NCBI RefSeq assembly: GCF_963921235.1
Contig: NC_086108.1
Span: 41,294,001 to 41,358,000 of the forward strand
DNA length: 64,000 nucleotides
Reading direction: 5' to 3'
From: Mobula hypostoma
Taxonomy: Eukaryota
Below, one piece after another: positions 61,665-64,000 of the stretch. The notes beneath the pieces were generated by a model. The model did no database searches. It was given only the letters and a program-made list of their open reading frames with translations, and was not told the DNA's origin. The number at the start of each line of letters is the position of its first letter. Position 1 is the stretch's first letter. A program made the translations under genes and the position numbers.

Positions 61665-63512
61665 GAGGATAGCAAAAGTTTCTTCTGATATACAGTACAA
61701 AGTGTAAAAGAGAGGCAAGAGCAGATATCAGACCACTGGAAGATGATGCTGATGAGGTAGTAATGGAGGACAAGGACATGGCAGATGAAATGAGTAATTA
61801 TTTTGTATCTGTCTTCACTGTGGAAGGAGCCAGCAATATGTTGGAAGTTGGAAAGTGTTGGTGGCAGAAGTGTATGAAGTTGCCATTATTAAGGTGAAGG
61901 TTCTTGGGAAACTGAATGATCTGAAGGTAGACAAGTTACCTGGACCAGATGGTCTACACTCCAGGGTTCTAAAAGAGCTGGCTGAAGAGATTGTGGTGGC
62001 ATTGCTAATGATCTTTCAAGAATCCCTAGATTCCGGCATAGTTCCAGCGGAATGGAAAATAACAAATGTCACTACACTCTTCAAGAAGGAAGAGAGGGAG
62101 AAGGAAGATACAGGCCAATAAGTCCAACCTCACAGGTTGGGAAGATGTTGGTGTCAACTACTAAGGATGTGGTTTCAGGATACTTGGATACATGATAAAA
62201 TAGGCCATTGTCAGCATGGCTTCCTCAAGGGAAAATCTTGCCTGACATATGTTTTGGAATTCTTTGAAGAAATAACAAGCAGGATAGACAAAGAAGAATT
62301 GGTGGATGTTGTGTACTTGGATTTTCTCAAGGCCTTTGACAAGGTGCCATACATGAGGCTGCTTAATAAGTTAAGAGCCCATGGTATTACAGGAAAGATA
62401 CTAGGATGGATAGAGCATTGGCTGATTGGCAGGAGGCAAAGAGTGGGAATAAAGGGAGCGTTTTCTGGTCAGCTGCCAGGGACTCGTAGTGTTCCACAGA
62501 GGTCCGTGTTAGCAGCACTTCTTTTGGCGTTATAAGTCGGTGATTTAGATGAGACAGTTGATAGCTTTGTGACCAAGTTTGTGGACTATACAAAGATACT
62601 TGGAGGGGCAGGTAGTTTTGAGGAAATAGAGAGCCTGCAGAAGTACTTAGACAAATTAGGAGAATGAGCAAAGAAGTGGCAGATGGAATACGGCGCCGGG
62701 AAGTGTATGGTCATGCACTTTAGTAGAAGGAATAAAGACATAGATTACTTTTTAAATGGAGAGAAAATTCATAAATCTGAGGTGCAAAGGAACTTGGGAG
62801 TCCTCATGCATGATTCCCGAAAGGTTAATTTGCAGGCTGAGGAAAGCATATGTAATCTTAGTAATCATTTTGACATGACTAGAATATAAAAGCAAAGATG
62901 TAATATTGAGGCTTTATAAAGCACTGATGAGGCCTCACTTGGAGTACCGCAAGCAGTTTTGGGCCTCTTGTGTTCTGATATTGAAGAAGGTTCAAAGGAG
63001 GTTCAGAAAATGATTCTGGAATTGAAAGTCTTGTCAGATGAGGAGGGTTTGATGGAACTCACTGGAATTCAGAAGAATGAAGGGTGACCTTTTTGAAACC
63101 TATCGAACGTTGAAAGGCCCCAACAGAGCGGACGTGGTGAGGATGTTTTCTATGATGGAGGAATCTAAGACCAGAGGATGCAGCCTCAGAATAGAGGGTG
63201 TCCTTTTAGAATGGAGATGAGGAGGAATTTCTTTAGCCAGAGAGTGGTGAATTTATGGAATTTCCAGCATCTGCAGATTTTCTCTTGATAGTAATTTGTG
63301 GGATTTGTTGCCATAGGCAGCTGTAGAGGTCAAGTCATTGAGTATATTTAAATCAGAATTTGATAAGTTCTTGATTACTCAGGGCATGAAAGGATATGGG
63401 GAGAAGGCAGGAGGTTGGGGCTAAGAGAGAAAATGGATCAGCCATGATGAAATGGTGGAGCAAACTCGATGGGCCAAATGGCCTAATTTTGCTCCTATAT
63501 TTTACGGTCTTA
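61665..63512 (+). mobile_element. 5'-truncated CR1 LINE
   Basis: RT ORF pieces 61855-62121, 62137-62535 (DVVYLDFLKAFDKVP) and 62683-62889. 3'UTR gatgggccaaatggcctaattttgctcctat. Confidence 0.88.
63264..63292 (+). mobile_element. 29-bp PLE tail-only insertion in CR1
   Basis: ccagcatctgcagattttctcttg matches the PLE 3' tail. Flanked by ~14-bp imperfect duplication aatttatggaattt / aatttgtgggattt. Confidence 0.6.
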
Positions 63513-64000
63513 AGATGTTGTAGAATTTCCCTGCATCAAAGACGAGAAGATGTTAAACCAAAGAGTAAATAACAGGTACATTTTTATAAATACAGTATAT
63601 GTCAGGCAAGTTGTGATGGAGATTAAACAAGAAAACAGTTGAAGTCAAAGTTCAGATCAACTCTGAGCTTACTGAATGGCAGAGGAGACTCAAGACATTG
63701 AAGAAGCTTAAGATAAAAGACACCCATTTCTGCTCCTTCCTCTTATGTTCACGGTCTCCTTCAAGTGTTTTACTGAAGTTATATCATAGGGGAGTGGTTA
63801 GGGATCTTCTGTATTCAAAGTCAGGAGCAGAGCAGAACAATCTCTAATTGTTTAAAATGATTGGCAAACAAACTAAAGGAATTATGAGGTGAATTTGTTT
63901 AACTTGATGTGATGCTATGATCTGGAATGTACTGTTTGAAGGAGTTCTGAAAGGGTATTCAGCAAACATATTTCAAAAGGAAATGGAAGAAGTAAAGAAA

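Overview
Eukaryotic, repeat-dense intronic or intergenic DNA. The repeat repertoire (CR1 LINEs with SGNH-esterase ORF1, HE1/V-type SINEs, Penelope GIY-YIG elements, Rex1/Babar-type LINEs) suggests a cartilaginous fish, probably a ray or shark; this is inference. No intact host gene is recognisable, and nearly all protein-like ORFs in the track are retroelement debris or its antisense. Highlights: (1) Penelope-like elements (PLEs) whose terminal repeats carry a minimal hammerhead ribozyme, intact at 47137-47172. (2) A 195-bp mini-PLE forming a 70-bp near-perfect hairpin with an exact 13-bp target-site duplication (TSD), whose sense arm starts at the predicted ribozyme cleavage site. (3) A decayed full-length Sushi-like Gypsy chromovirus (21321-27182) retaining a PEG10-type GGGAAAC slippery site, nested in a CR1 and itself hit by two younger elements. 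(4) Several solo LTRs, including an LTR-in-LTR-in-LINE stack. (5) Two local templated duplications. (6) An old ~210-bp foldback. (7) Two frame-preserving microexon candidates on opposite strands. Boundaries of old elements are approximate; TSD-defined ones are exact.
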